The translations under genes and the position numbers were made by a program. DNA of 64,000 nt from a bacterium (GTDB lineage: Bacteria; RBG-13-61-14; DATKZS01), in contig CAXXFL010000001.1 of assembly GCA_963674965.2 (NCBI GenBank), positions 608,001 to 672,000 on the forward strand, given 5' to 3'. Of the stretch, positions 19,737-29,444 are shown one piece after another. Each line of letters opens with the position of its first letter. The first letter of the stretch is position 1. The notes under the pieces were generated by a model. The model saw only the letters and a program-made list of their open reading frames with translations, was not told the origin of the DNA and did no database searches.

Positions 19737-20195
19737 ATGGCGAAGTTAATGAAGGTTGAAGAGATGAAAAAAAGCGTCGGCCAGGAGATAGGCGTCTCGG
19801 ATTGGTTCCTGATCGACCAGGACCGGATCAACGCCTTTGCCGAGTGCACCGAGGACCGGCAGTTCATCCACGTTAACGTGGAGATGGCCCAAAAGGGACC
19901 ATTTGGAGCGACCATCGCCCACGGGTATCTGACCTTGTCGCTGCTGTCTTATTTCAACGCTCAGACCGCCCTTCTTCCCGAGGGCATGAAGATGGCCATC
20001 AATTACGGCCTCAACAAGGTCAGGTTCTTAACGCCCGTCAAGGTCGGCTCCCGGGTGAGGAACCGCGCCGTGCTAAAGAACGTCGAGGAAAAGGGAGGCG
20101 GCCGCGTGCTGGTGACGACCGAGAACTCGGTCGAGATCGAGGGCGAGGAAAAACCCGCCATGGTGGCCGAGTCGTTGGCCATGTTCTTCACCTGA
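19737..20195 (+). CDS. MaoC family dehydratase
   Basis: SDW..IDQDRINAFA..T.D.QFIH, TIAHGYLTLS, NYGLNKVRF. Confidence 0.92.
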   Translation: MAKLMKVEEMKKSVGQEIGVSDWFLIDQDRINAFAECTEDRQFIHVNVEMAQKGPFGATIAHGYLTLSLLSYFNAQTALLPEGMKMAINYGLNKVRFLTPVKVGSRVRNRAVLKNVEEKGGGRVLVTTENSVEIEGEEKPAMVAESLAMFFT

Positions 20196-20268
20196 CAGGC
20201 GCGCGGGAGAGGGAGGGCGCCAGCGAGAACTATCGGCCGCCCCCAACAGAACAGTTCTGGGGACCAGT

Positions 20269-20389
20269 TCTGGGGACAGCGTACTTAATTTGAAAATCAA
20301 CTGGGTTCCTCGACGATGAATATTGATGAAATATTCATAAACGCCTCTCTAGCCTTAAATAAAGGCGAGATAAGTATGCTGTCCCCAGA
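20269..20389. mobile_element. 121-bp non-autonomous element with 19-bp terminal inverted repeats, copy 1
   Basis: TCTGGGGACAGCGTACTTA ... TAAGTATGCTGTCCCCAGA (18/19 match); internal hairpin ATGAATATT-N5-AATATTCAT. Confidence 0.8.
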
Positions 20390-20603
20390 TCTGGGTGAGG
20401 AACCGCGCCGTGCTAAAGAACGTCGAGGAAAAGGGAGGCGGCCGCGTGCTGGTGACGACCGAGAACTCGGTCGAGATCGAGGGCGAGGAAAAACCCGCCA
20501 TGGTGGCCGAGTCGTTGGCCATGTTCTTCACCTGACAGGCGCGCGGGAGAGGGAGGGCGCCAGCGAGAACTATCGGCCGCCCCCAACATAACAGTTCTGC
20601 AGT

Positions 20604-20724
20604 TCTGGGGACAGCGTACTTAATTTGAAAATCAACTGGGTTCCTCGACGATGAATATTGATGAAATATTCATAAACGCCTCTCTAGCCTTAAATAAAGG
20701 CGAGATAAGTATGCTGTCCCCAGA
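20604..20724. mobile_element. 121-bp non-autonomous element, copy 2, followed by reiterated right ends to 20772
   Basis: Same sequence as copy 1; CAGATCTC-terminated units end at 20728, 20745, 20758 and 20772. Confidence 0.8.
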
Positions 20725-21025
20725 TCTCTGCTGTCCCCAGATCTCGCTCGCAGATCTCGGTCCCCAGATCTCGCGAGGCGACCGTAAACAAAAGGCCGCC
20801 CCGCCCCTCCCTCAATAACTTGCCACCAGATATGGGTTTGGTATAATCCTTCATAAGCGGCGCTGACGCCTTAAGCTTACCGGCCAGGTATCCCATAGCT
20901 CGCTATGTGGGCGAGCGCGGCGAGCGGGTCGGCAAGATCGAATCGAATTTAAGGCACGAACTGATTACTTCGGTCGCGGATGTGGGGATGCGCTTTACCC
21001 GCTAAAGTTAAATGAGACAATTTCA

Positions 21026-24000
21026 ATGAAGAGAAAAGACCCTGATATTAAAAAAGCTGAATTGCCGAGCATGCTTAATGAGTTTCGGATTGCTCTTGAA
21101 AGCGAAATAGAGGCTGCAAAAAAAAATGCCGCGATGGGTAAAATCCAAATTATAAACGGCCACAGGATTTATCAGATCGCTCAACGCTATCAATATATTT
21201 TCGATATAGAAAACGCTCTCAATGTGCCAAATGACAGTCCCGCTGATCTTATTATTGAAAATCGTGATCCGATTGAGGCATACATTGTTTCTGTGGATGG
21301 ATTGAAAATTACATTAAGCGTTCCAGAAGATATTGGCAACCTAATTCCAAACGCCTATCTCAGTACGGATATGACCTTTTTGTTGCGAAAGCTAATTTTT
21401 CGTATCGAAGAAAATGCAGACTCACCAAATCCAGTAGGGAACAGAGTACTAGGAATTTCCAAGCCGTCTGGCCATCCTATACAAATTTCCGCAAAGAATC
21501 TTAATCGGGAGCAAGAACGCGCTGTTAGCTTTAGTGTTGGTCGAGATATCACTTTCATTGCCGGCCCTCCTGGAACAGGTAAAAGCAAAACAATTGGCTC
21601 GATTGGAGTTGAACTCAATAATAGAAATAGAAGCGTCTTATTAGTTTCTCATACAAATATAGCCGTTGACCAGGCTTTACTGTATATAGGAAAATCAGAT
21701 GAAATATCAAGAGAAGAAATAACCAGCGGAAAGATTATCAGAATTGGAGACCCCTTTGATAAAAGCTTAAAGGAATGTCCAGAACTGCTCATCTCAACGC
21801 ATGTTGACAGAATTTCGAAGGAATTGAAAGAAAAGCAACAAAAATTGAAAACAGAATTTACTAATGCCAATGAAAAACTAATAGTCCTTTCAGAAAAGTT
21901 AATTTTACTTGAATGGGTCGATGACGCTCCTTCGCGAATAAACCGCGTTAAAAAATCAATAAAGATGTTTCATAATATGGAGAATGATGCAGATAAGAAA
22001 CTCGAAGAAAAGAGAAATCTGAAGAAAACTTTAGATGGGATGTCAAAATCCGTGGCCGATGCTTTCAAAATTAGAGAGATATCGGAGAAACTATTAGACC
22101 TACATGACACGCTAAACGCAATAGAAAAACAAATAACAGAACACCGAGTGAACTCCGAAAAAGAGAGCGACCAACTACTGAAGCACTTCAATTTATTAGA
22201 AAAATCTTGTGAAAGTGGATGGATGAAAAGAAAATGGAGAGGCCTTCCTCATCCAGAAGAACAGCGAGAGATAATAAGGGGATTATGCGACAGCTTAGAA
22301 CTGCAGAATATAATACTGTACTCATTGCTATTAAAAAAGAGAGCAGAATCTCAGAAAAAGATCGATTTTGAGAAACAAATAGATCGTTTCCAAAGTCTTT
22401 ACCAGGAGAATTTTAAATCAATACTCGATAAATCAAAATTAATCGCCGACAGGTTGACAACTCTTTATACGATAATAAAAGACCATGAAAAGGAAAAGAT
22501 AATTTTTCACAAAAAAATCGAGCAAGAACTTTGCAATATGCTCATAGTCTGCAAGGAAGCAAAATTAACTGACGGAAAACAGGGCAGCGTAGAAAATATG
22601 ATTGAATCGATCGAGAATGCTTATATTCTTGCAGCTTCAAAAGTTAGCGGCCTAGATATAGAAACTCTACAGAATGAAATAAAGAATATAAACGATTCTG
22701 CAAGGACAATGAGGATGAAGATTGACAAGATCGATGAATCTTTAAATAATGTGCAGGAAAAGTTGATCTCAGATGCATCGATAATTGCAACGACGCTAAC
22801 TAGGGTCTACTTAAATGATTTCATTCAGGCCAGGCATTTTGATACCGTTATCCTTGACGAGGCATCTATGGCGCCTATTCCTTCGCTATGGATTGCGGCA
22901 AATTTGGCAAAAAATAATGCGGTTGTTGTCGGAGACCGAAAACAACTATCACCGATCGTTCAGTCAGAAAACGACTTGGCAAAAGAGTGGCTTGGAAAAG
23001 ATATTTTTGAAAAATCCGGAGTCTATAAGAGTCAATCCAAATTTGATTGCTTAGTACCTCTAAAAGAGCAATTCAGGATGCATCCCCAGATATCAGCAAT
23101 TTCAAATAGCCTTATATACGATGGTCAGTTAACAAATGGCCCGGGTACTGATGAAGATTCAAGCTTAGATGCCTGGTATAATAGATGGGACTATGACCAA
23201 CCCGTCTTGCTAATAGATACTGGACCAACAAACGCTTGGGTAACGGCAGTCCCAAAGGGGAAAAGAGCAAGTAGGTTAAATTTTCTATCTGCCTCTATTT
23301 GTGTAGGTATCGCCGAGCAGCTTTTAAAAGATGGGCGGCCTAAGCTCGATATGGGCGCTAAACCTCGAATATTAATCGTCTGCCCATACAGAGCGCATGC
23401 TACTTTATTGGATATTCTTATTAAAGAAAGCGGACTGAATGGTGAAGTTGCCGCTGGGACGGCCCATAATTTCCAGGGTTCTGAGGCTGACGTTGTAATA
23501 GCAGACTTTGTTATAGATGAGCCACATTGGAAAGCAAATCTGTTCATTCCAAAACTGAACGATGAAATGAAAAGGCTACTCAACGTCGCGTTAACTCGAG
23601 CCAGAAAACGCTTAATAATCGTCGGCGACTATGATTATATTATGCAAAAAGGCAAAAAGTCATTCGCGGGCGTTGAATTAGTACCATTCCTAAAGAAAAA
23701 ATATCGAAAGATTAACGCGGTTGAGGCCGTTGAATGCAACATCTTCGAAAACGCCGCTTCCGCTCAGAAGCTCATTTACCCAGGCGTAATAGTTCCAAAT
23801 GCTTCTCGTTTAATTATGAATCAAGACGTTTTCTACAATATTTTTACCGAGGATATTAACAACGCTAATAAACGTATTGTAATCTTCTCTCCGTTTATTT
23901 CGCAAGATAGAATTAATAAATTGATGCCTCAAATGCAGGCCGCCATCAGTAGGGGAATTAAAATATTCGCAATAACCAAGGATATTCGTGAGAGGAGTAA

Positions 24001-24571
24001 TTATGAAAGACCTGTCTATCACAAACTTGAAAAGCATCTTGCTGATTGCGGCATAGTGGTTATTCACAAGAAAGGGATGCATGAAAAAGTAGTTTTTATC
24101 GACGATGAAATTATTTGGACGGGTTCATTAAATCCATTGAGCTATAAAAATACTCAAGAGTTGATGGAAAGAAGGGTGAGTTTAAAAGTTTACGAAGATT
24201 ACATAAAAACATTAAGAGTAGATGAGCTAGTCAGCCCTTATGACGGAAAACAACATAAATGCCCTATTTGTGGTTCTGAAATGATTGCAAGCGAGGGTAA
24301 TCTGCAACCCTATTTTTGGAGATGCCCTTCTGAATCCTGCTATACTCGCAACATCGATGAAACACCAATTCAAGGAGATATCTTATTTTGTTCAAAATGC
24401 GGTGGGGAATTGGAGCCAGGAGAGTGGGGAGAAAAGCCTTGCTGGCGGTGTACACAAGACAAACGGCATAGAATGAAGATGTCTTGTACCCACTTAAAAC
24501 TTCCGCACATGAAAAATAAAATAGATCCAGATCAACTCATTAAAATAAAAGCCCACTTAGGGTGCAAATAG
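21026..24571 (+). CDS. Superfamily 1 (UPF1/DNA2-like) helicase with coiled-coil insert, PLD-like nuclease domain and C-terminal Zn ribbons; candidate defence protein
   Basis: GPPGTGKS, SHTNIAVD, LDEASM, VGDRKQL, QFRMHP, HNFQGSE, NVALTRA; HEKVVFID..TGSLN; CPICG, CSKCG; markedly AT-rich relative to flanks. Confidence 0.88.
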   Translation: MKRKDPDIKKAELPSMLNEFRIALESEIEAAKKNAAMGKIQIINGHRIYQIAQRYQYIFDIENALNVPNDSPADLIIENRDPIEAYIVSVDGLKITLSVPEDIGNLIPNAYLSTDMTFLLRKLIFRIEENADSPNPVGNRVLGISKPSGHPIQISAKNLNREQERAVSFSVGRDITFIAGPPGTGKSKTIGSIGVELNNRNRSVLLVSHTNIAVDQALLYIGKSDEISREEITSGKIIRIGDPFDKSLKECPELLISTHVDRISKELKEKQQKLKTEFTNANEKLIVLSEKLILLEWVDDAPSRINRVKKSIKMFHNMENDADKKLEEKRNLKKTLDGMSKSVADAFKIREISEKLLDLHDTLNAIEKQITEHRVNSEKESDQLLKHFNLLEKSCESGWMKRKWRGLPHPEEQREIIRGLCDSLELQNIILYSLLLKKRAESQKKIDFEKQIDRFQSLYQENFKSILDKSKLIADRLTTLYTIIKDHEKEKIIFHKKIEQELCNMLIVCKEAKLTDGKQGSVENMIESIENAYILAASKVSGLDIETLQNEIKNINDSARTMRMKIDKIDESLNNVQEKLISDASIIATTLTRVYLNDFIQARHFDTVILDEASMAPIPSLWIAANLAKNNAVVVGDRKQLSPIVQSENDLAKEWLGKDIFEKSGVYKSQSKFDCLVPLKEQFRMHPQISAISNSLIYDGQLTNGPGTDEDSSLDAWYNRWDYDQPVLLIDTGPTNAWVTAVPKGKRASRLNFLSASICVGIAEQLLKDGRPKLDMGAKPRILIVCPYRAHATLLDILIKESGLNGEVAAGTAHNFQGSEADVVIADFVIDEPHWKANLFIPKLNDEMKRLLNVALTRARKRLIIVGDYDYIMQKGKKSFAGVELVPFLKKKYRKINAVEAVECNIFENAASAQKLIYPGVIVPNASRLIMNQDVFYNIFTEDINNANKRIVIFSPFISQDRINKLMPQMQAAISRGIKIFAITKDIRERSNYERPVYHKLEKHLADCGIVVIHKKGMHEKVVFIDDEIIWTGSLNPLSYKNTQELMERRVSLKVYEDYIKTLRVDELVSPYDGKQHKCPICGSEMIASEGNLQPYFWRCPSESCYTRNIDETPIQGDILFCSKCGGELEPGEWGEKPCWRCTQDKRHRMKMSCTHLKLPHMKNKIDPDQLIKIKAHLGCK

Positions 24572-24587
24572 AGCACCGCCGCGCGGG

Positions 24588-24675
24588 TTCGCCCCTCTCA
24601 GGGGCGGGCGTTAATCGGGCAAGTCCTCCGTAGGCCGATGACCTACGGCTATTCAAGTTATACCCCTTCGGGGAA
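24588..24675. repeat. REP-like multi-hairpin element
   Basis: cgcccctctcaggggcg, ccgtagg..cctacgg and ccccttcgggg stem-loops in series. Confidence 0.55.
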
Positions 24676-24803
24676 GCGCGTGGGCGCCGATATTATCTTG
24701 CCATACCCCGGAGCGGCGGGAATGCCTATACGTTAACAACCAACGAGCGGATATTTGGGGGCGGTTAAAGGCTGGGCCGATTTGGTCCCGCGCTTATGCG
24801 CGA

Positions 24804-26831
24804 TCACTTTCCACACTCCTGGTCCCACTGCTTTGCCGGCGCGTAGAGGGTGGGGACGCCGTCGCGGGCGAGGGAGTGGAGGAAGCAGGAGTATTGATAC
24901 CTTGTTTCGTGGCGCTGGAAATTTATGTTGTGGCCGTCGGGCGGGGGGAGTTCCTCGTACTGGGTGGCCGCGGCGGTGACGGGTCCGTGCGGGCCTTGGC
25001 GGTTGCCTCGGACCGGGTAATCGAGGTTTTTTAAGCCGCCGACCTCGAGGGCCTGCCGGGTCCCCGGGATGATTTGAGGTCCGGCCAAATCTAGGCCGAT
25101 GCTCAGGATTGACGCGTTCTGAGTCGAGGGCGGGAAGTAGTGGTCGTTGGTCCCGAAGGCGCAAAGCACGTGCTTGGCCTTGTTTCCGGGGAGTGGCCGC
25201 TTGTAGTAGAGGGGTTCGTAGGCGAAGGGGTCGGCGGGCGCGAGCACAATGGCCAGCATATTCAGGAGTGGGTGGTACCTGTCCATGCCGAGCAGGCCCT
25301 CGCCCGTGCCCAGTCCTTTCTTTTTTAGCCTCTTCAGGTTGAACTGGTTTCCCTCCGCTATCTGAAGCGCCCAATAAGGCCCGTGGCCGGAGGGAATGAC
25401 GGCGGCCAGGCCCGGCTCGATCCCCGCCCATGTCCCCTGCGTAATGCTTCCCATCGACTGGCCCATGCTGGAGATAAGGTCCGGGTCGAACCTTATTTCT
25501 TGGCCGTTGGACGAAAGGGGGCAAAGGGCGGGGTCTATCTCGAGCTGCCGGAGCATTCTGAGGAAAAGCCCGGCCTCAAGGGAGGATTGAAGGAAATTGT
25601 CGCGCACGGCCTCGGGATTCAGGAAGTTGTAAAAGCCCGTCTTGCCCGCGCTTCCGCCGCGCTCCTGGTTTTTGAGTTGGGCCGCTCCGGCCATGGCGTA
25701 GCCCCGGCGGGCCATGACCATGGCCGGTCCCGTTCCGGGCGGCGAAGGCTCGCCGTCGGCCGAGACCACGCCCCGGTCCACGAACTGGGTGGAAATACCC
25801 GAGGTCCCGTGGTGGAACATGAGGAGGGGGAATCCCTTCTCGGGCATGACGCTTTTGGGTATGGTCACGCAAAAGGGCGCTCGGTCCATGGCCTGGATCA
25901 GGGGAAGACCGTTCTCGTCGAAAACGAAAGTTCCCCCTTTTCCATGGTGATAAGGATACTCGCCCTCCTGGTACAGCGGCATGAGCGCCGCGCCCTCGAG
26001 GACGTAAAAGTCGGGATACTCGCGGGTGACCGTAAGCGGCTCGATTATTTGGACGGGAGGATCGGCGACGGCGCCATCAAACAGACCCCGCAAGCGGGAA
26101 GTGGGATCGCCCGTCCGAAAGGCGGTGAGCGCGGCCAAATTTCCAGCATGAATTCCGGTCTCCGCCAAAGAGGCGAGGACGGGACAATAAACCTCGAGCG
26201 CTTTTTGGCCAAGGTCTCCAGGCGGGACCTTTCCCGCGGCCATCATGCCCAGCGCCGGGCAGGGGGAGACGTCCGTTCCGCCGGCGTCTTGCAAGTCCGA
26301 GGTCACGCCGGCGGCGTAGAGGGTATTCTCGCGGAGTACCACGCCGGGTACGGGCATGACGGCCAAAAGGTTATCCCCCCCGCGAAGCCATCTCGAGTTC
26401 TTATTATAGAACCGGGCCATAAGGGGAAATTTTTTTCCCCGCTCGGGCGAGTCGGGATCGACGTCCATGAGGAAAAGAGGCGAGTTTTCCGGCAGAGGCG
26501 TTTTGGGATGGCCAAGCCAGGTCTCGCCGATAGGTCCGGAAAACTTGAAATATATGGCCGGCCCCGTCGAGTAGCCGTAACCCGACTTGACGGCCGCTTT
26601 GACGCGCTCGACCATTTTCAGTCCCAGGGGATTGGGAAAGTCGTCAACGTCGATTTTTCCGTCCTGGTCGCGGCGAAGCTCGGTGGGAAAGGGCAGGCTG
26701 AAGAACCCGCCCTGACCGGAAAGATCGAAGATAAAAATGGTGGGCGGCCTGGAATCACCCGCGCCGGATAGTATCAAGACCAGGGTAAGGCATAGCGTCC
26801 AGAAGAAACCCCGCCGGTAGTTCTTGCTCAT
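24804..26831 (-). CDS. Secreted alpha/beta-hydrolase-fold protein (lipase-like)
   Basis: Signal peptide, PFP..N-terminal domain, HHGT, GQSMG nucleophile elbow, late D and GH. Confidence 0.7.
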   Translation of the reverse strand: MSKNYRRGFFWTLCLTLVLILSGAGDSRPPTIFIFDLSGQGGFFSLPFPTELRRDQDGKIDVDDFPNPLGLKMVERVKAAVKSGYGYSTGPAIYFKFSGPIGETWLGHPKTPLPENSPLFLMDVDPDSPERGKKFPLMARFYNKNSRWLRGGDNLLAVMPVPGVVLRENTLYAAGVTSDLQDAGGTDVSPCPALGMMAAGKVPPGDLGQKALEVYCPVLASLAETGIHAGNLAALTAFRTGDPTSRLRGLFDGAVADPPVQIIEPLTVTREYPDFYVLEGAALMPLYQEGEYPYHHGKGGTFVFDENGLPLIQAMDRAPFCVTIPKSVMPEKGFPLLMFHHGTSGISTQFVDRGVVSADGEPSPPGTGPAMVMARRGYAMAGAAQLKNQERGGSAGKTGFYNFLNPEAVRDNFLQSSLEAGLFLRMLRQLEIDPALCPLSSNGQEIRFDPDLISSMGQSMGSITQGTWAGIEPGLAAVIPSGHGPYWALQIAEGNQFNLKRLKKKGLGTGEGLLGMDRYHPLLNMLAIVLAPADPFAYEPLYYKRPLPGNKAKHVLCAFGTNDHYFPPSTQNASILSIGLDLAGPQIIPGTRQALEVGGLKNLDYPVRGNRQGPHGPVTAAATQYEELPPPDGHNINFQRHETRYQYSCFLHSLARDGVPTLYAPAKQWDQECGK

Positions 26832-26849
26832 CGAAAGGTAGGGCCTTCC

Positions 26850-27962
26850 TCATCCGTCCACGGGATGGATATCTCGGGTGAAGTAATCCCTTATGCTCTC
26901 GGGCAGGATTTCCGGACCGGGACATTCCCGCAGCATTTCGTCAAGGGGCCTGGAGTTGTAAGTCGAGAGGAACAGGCCCCGCGACTTGGACCTGGCCGGG
27001 ACCCCCATAAAGTCCATGAAGGCGGCCATGTTCTTTCCCGAATAGGTGCCCTCGAGTTTAATGCCCTCGAGCTCGGCCGCCTCCTTGATGGCGTCCACTC
27101 CCTTTTTGGTGTAATGGGCGTATCCCGCGCCGAAGTAGTCATGCTCGATATGGATTTCCTCGGGCGCGGTCTCGGCGTTGGGAATGGAAGGGTCTATTTT
27201 GCGCAGGTATTGCAAGGCCTTGTTGGCCATATGGGCCATCCTTTTCTCGGTGGCCATGAACTTGTCCACCACCCTGACCCCGACGGGCTGGCTGGCCAGT
27301 CCCGCCAGCTTGAGTCCCAGCGCCAGGCCGGCGAAGGTGCCGCCCGATCCGATGGGCGCGAAGACGAACTCGGGCTCGGGCATGACTCCCGACTCGATTT
27401 GGGTCGCGATCTCGAAGGCGGCCTCGACGTAGCCGATGACCCCGAGGGTCGAGGACCCTCCCGGCCCGAGCATGTAAGGCCGCCGGCCGGACTTAATCCA
27501 TTCCCTGACGTAGACCTTGCCCGCCGCCAGGATAGCCCCGCCAAAGCCGCCCACCGGCTCGATCTCGCATCCCATCATGCCGTTACAAAGGATGTTGTCC
27601 CGAAGGTTCTCCTGGACCGGCTGAGGCACGAAAATACCCACCGTGCCCAGCCCGGCCTTTTTCGCGTAAATGGTCGTGGCCAGAACGTGGTTCGAGCCCA
27701 CGGCCCCTACCGTGATGACGGGACCGCTTCGGCGTCGGACCGCGTCGGCCAAGATGAACTCGAGCTTTCTGACCTTGTTGCCCCCGTATTCCTCGCCGGA
27801 AAGGTCGTCCTTTTTAATATAGAGGTCCGAGCATCCCAGCTTTTGGCCCAGCTTTTCCATTTTACAAACGGGCGTTGGAAAGCTTCCCAGCGGCATCCAG
27901 GGAATCTTCTCCGCCAGGCGTGGAAATCTGCCGAAAAGGTATGGCTCCTTTCTTGTATCCAT
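26850..27962 (-). CDS. PLP-dependent D-cysteine desulfhydrase / ACC deaminase family protein
   Basis: PTP, KKDDL...GGNKVRKLEF, SNH, GSGGT, LEGTYSGK. Confidence 0.9.
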   Translation of the reverse strand: MDTRKEPYLFGRFPRLAEKIPWMPLGSFPTPVCKMEKLGQKLGCSDLYIKKDDLSGEEYGGNKVRKLEFILADAVRRRSGPVITVGAVGSNHVLATTIYAKKAGLGTVGIFVPQPVQENLRDNILCNGMMGCEIEPVGGFGGAILAAGKVYVREWIKSGRRPYMLGPGGSSTLGVIGYVEAAFEIATQIESGVMPEPEFVFAPIGSGGTFAGLALGLKLAGLASQPVGVRVVDKFMATEKRMAHMANKALQYLRKIDPSIPNAETAPEEIHIEHDYFGAGYAHYTKKGVDAIKEAAELEGIKLEGTYSGKNMAAFMDFMGVPARSKSRGLFLSTYNSRPLDEMLRECPGPEILPESIRDYFTRDIHPVDG

Positions 27963-28152
27963 CAAGCACCCCCTAGTCGTAAAGAGAGCATACCCGCCAA
28001 TCCGGATAAAGGCAAAGGAATCCGGCCTCGGGAACTTATGGGAGCGATCGGCCTCATATCTTGAAACTCGGCCGGGTTGAATTTGCCGAAAACATGGTTT
28101 AAATAAAGAAGATGTCGCGGGAGAAACCGTAAGGGGCAAAAATTTTTTGTCC

Positions 28153-28182
28153 TTGACAAGAGATTCTGGGAAATGGCATAAT
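28153..28182 (+). promoter_or_regulatory. Sigma-70 promoter upstream of the M23 peptidase
   Basis: TTGACA-18bp-CATAAT with extended TG. Confidence 0.5.
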
Positions 28183-28251
28183 ACGTTAAAAGCATTCCCT
28201 GGCGAGAAGGGGAACGCGGACTTTGCTTCGGTATCGGAAAACATACAAATA

Positions 28252-29289
28252 ATGGAAGCTGGCAAGGACAATCGAAAGGATCGCGAGATTACCCTGCTCG
28301 TCATGCGTGACGTGATGGACGAGCCCGTACAATACAGGGTAAAGGTGAGGACCATCAAAATGGCCCTTTTCTCCATCGTGGGCCTTCCCCTTTTGCTTTT
28401 AATGACGCTGGTCACGGCGGGCGCCAAGTGCGCCGTCACCGAGAACCGCTACGCCGCCATGGAGAGCGTCTATGGCAAGGTAGCCGGACGTTATTGCGTT
28501 TCCTCCTCCAAGCTCATGGAGCTTCGCGAGCGCCTCGAGTCGGTCGAGCTTGAATTTCAAAGCAGCAAAAAAAGGGCCCGCTCGGTTATCTCCGACGTGG
28601 AGACCGACCTTAAGCGCTGGTCGCCCGCGGACAATCCCAACGGGATGGGCGGCCCTCTTGACCTCATCAACGGCGATAAAGAAGGAGAAGGTCTGGAAGA
28701 CGACTCTCTTCCCCTTTCCACTTCCCAGATAGAACAGGTCCAGGACCTCGAGCAGCGCCTGGCCCTTCTCGACGCTAGGCTTAAATCCTATGACAAGGCC
28801 ATCGAGGAGTTGGAGAAGGTCAGGGAGGAAAAGGTTTCTCTTTTTGGCGCCCTGCCCTCGATATGGCCGGTGGAAGGCCGGATAAGCTCGCCCTTTGGTC
28901 CCCGGGTCCATCCCATCAGCGGGGTCATGAAGATGCACACAGGCATAGATATAGCCGCCGAAAGGGGAACCAAAATATACGCTCCGGCTCCGGGCGTGGT
29001 AACTTTTTCCGATAGAAAGGGCGGATACGGTAACGCGCTGATAATCGATCACGGCTATGGCGTATCCACGCTTTACGGGCATTGCCAAACCCTCCTGGTT
29101 TCCGCGGGACACACCGTTAAAAAGGGCCAGGTCATCGCCCTGGTTGGAAGCACGGGTTACTCGACCGGTCCTCATCTCCACTTTGAAACCAGGCTTAACG
29201 ACATCCCGGTGGACCCGATGCAATACCTCAGCGTCTACTCGCCCGGGCCCGAGGACGAAGACCAGTGCCAATACGCGAGGAATCAATAA
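28252..29289 (+). CDS. M23 family metallopeptidase with TM anchor and coiled coil
   Basis: PSIWPV.G.ISS.FG.R, HTGID, YGH, STGPHLH. Confidence 0.92.
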   Translation: MEAGKDNRKDREITLLVMRDVMDEPVQYRVKVRTIKMALFSIVGLPLLLLMTLVTAGAKCAVTENRYAAMESVYGKVAGRYCVSSSKLMELRERLESVELEFQSSKKRARSVISDVETDLKRWSPADNPNGMGGPLDLINGDKEGEGLEDDSLPLSTSQIEQVQDLEQRLALLDARLKSYDKAIEELEKVREEKVSLFGALPSIWPVEGRISSPFGPRVHPISGVMKMHTGIDIAAERGTKIYAPAPGVVTFSDRKGGYGNALIIDHGYGVSTLYGHCQTLLVSAGHTVKKGQVIALVGSTGYSTGPHLHFETRLNDIPVDPMQYLSVYSPGPEDEDQCQYARNQ

Positions 29290-29444
29290 CCCGGCTCTCC
29301 AGCTTGGTTTTACCCTCCCTTATTACATGCTATTATTTTCGCTGACCGATATTGAACTGGGCGTCAGGTTATGCTTTTGGAACCCGGGACCTGATATTGA
29401 GGTCGTAAAGTATATCCCGCCCATGAAAAAACGGAGCGTTTCAA

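Larger units (their letters stand above)
20053..20727. repeat. Tandem duplication of about 340 bp (20053-20392 and 20393-20727) comprising the maoC 3' end plus a 121-bp element
   Basis: The two copies appear identical by eye except in the short reiterated junction left of the element. Confidence 0.92.

Noticed and set aside
20316-20896. ORFs 20316-20591 (+) and 20690-20896 (-)
   Set aside because: They read through the repeat element and the out-of-frame maoC duplicate; no coding signal.
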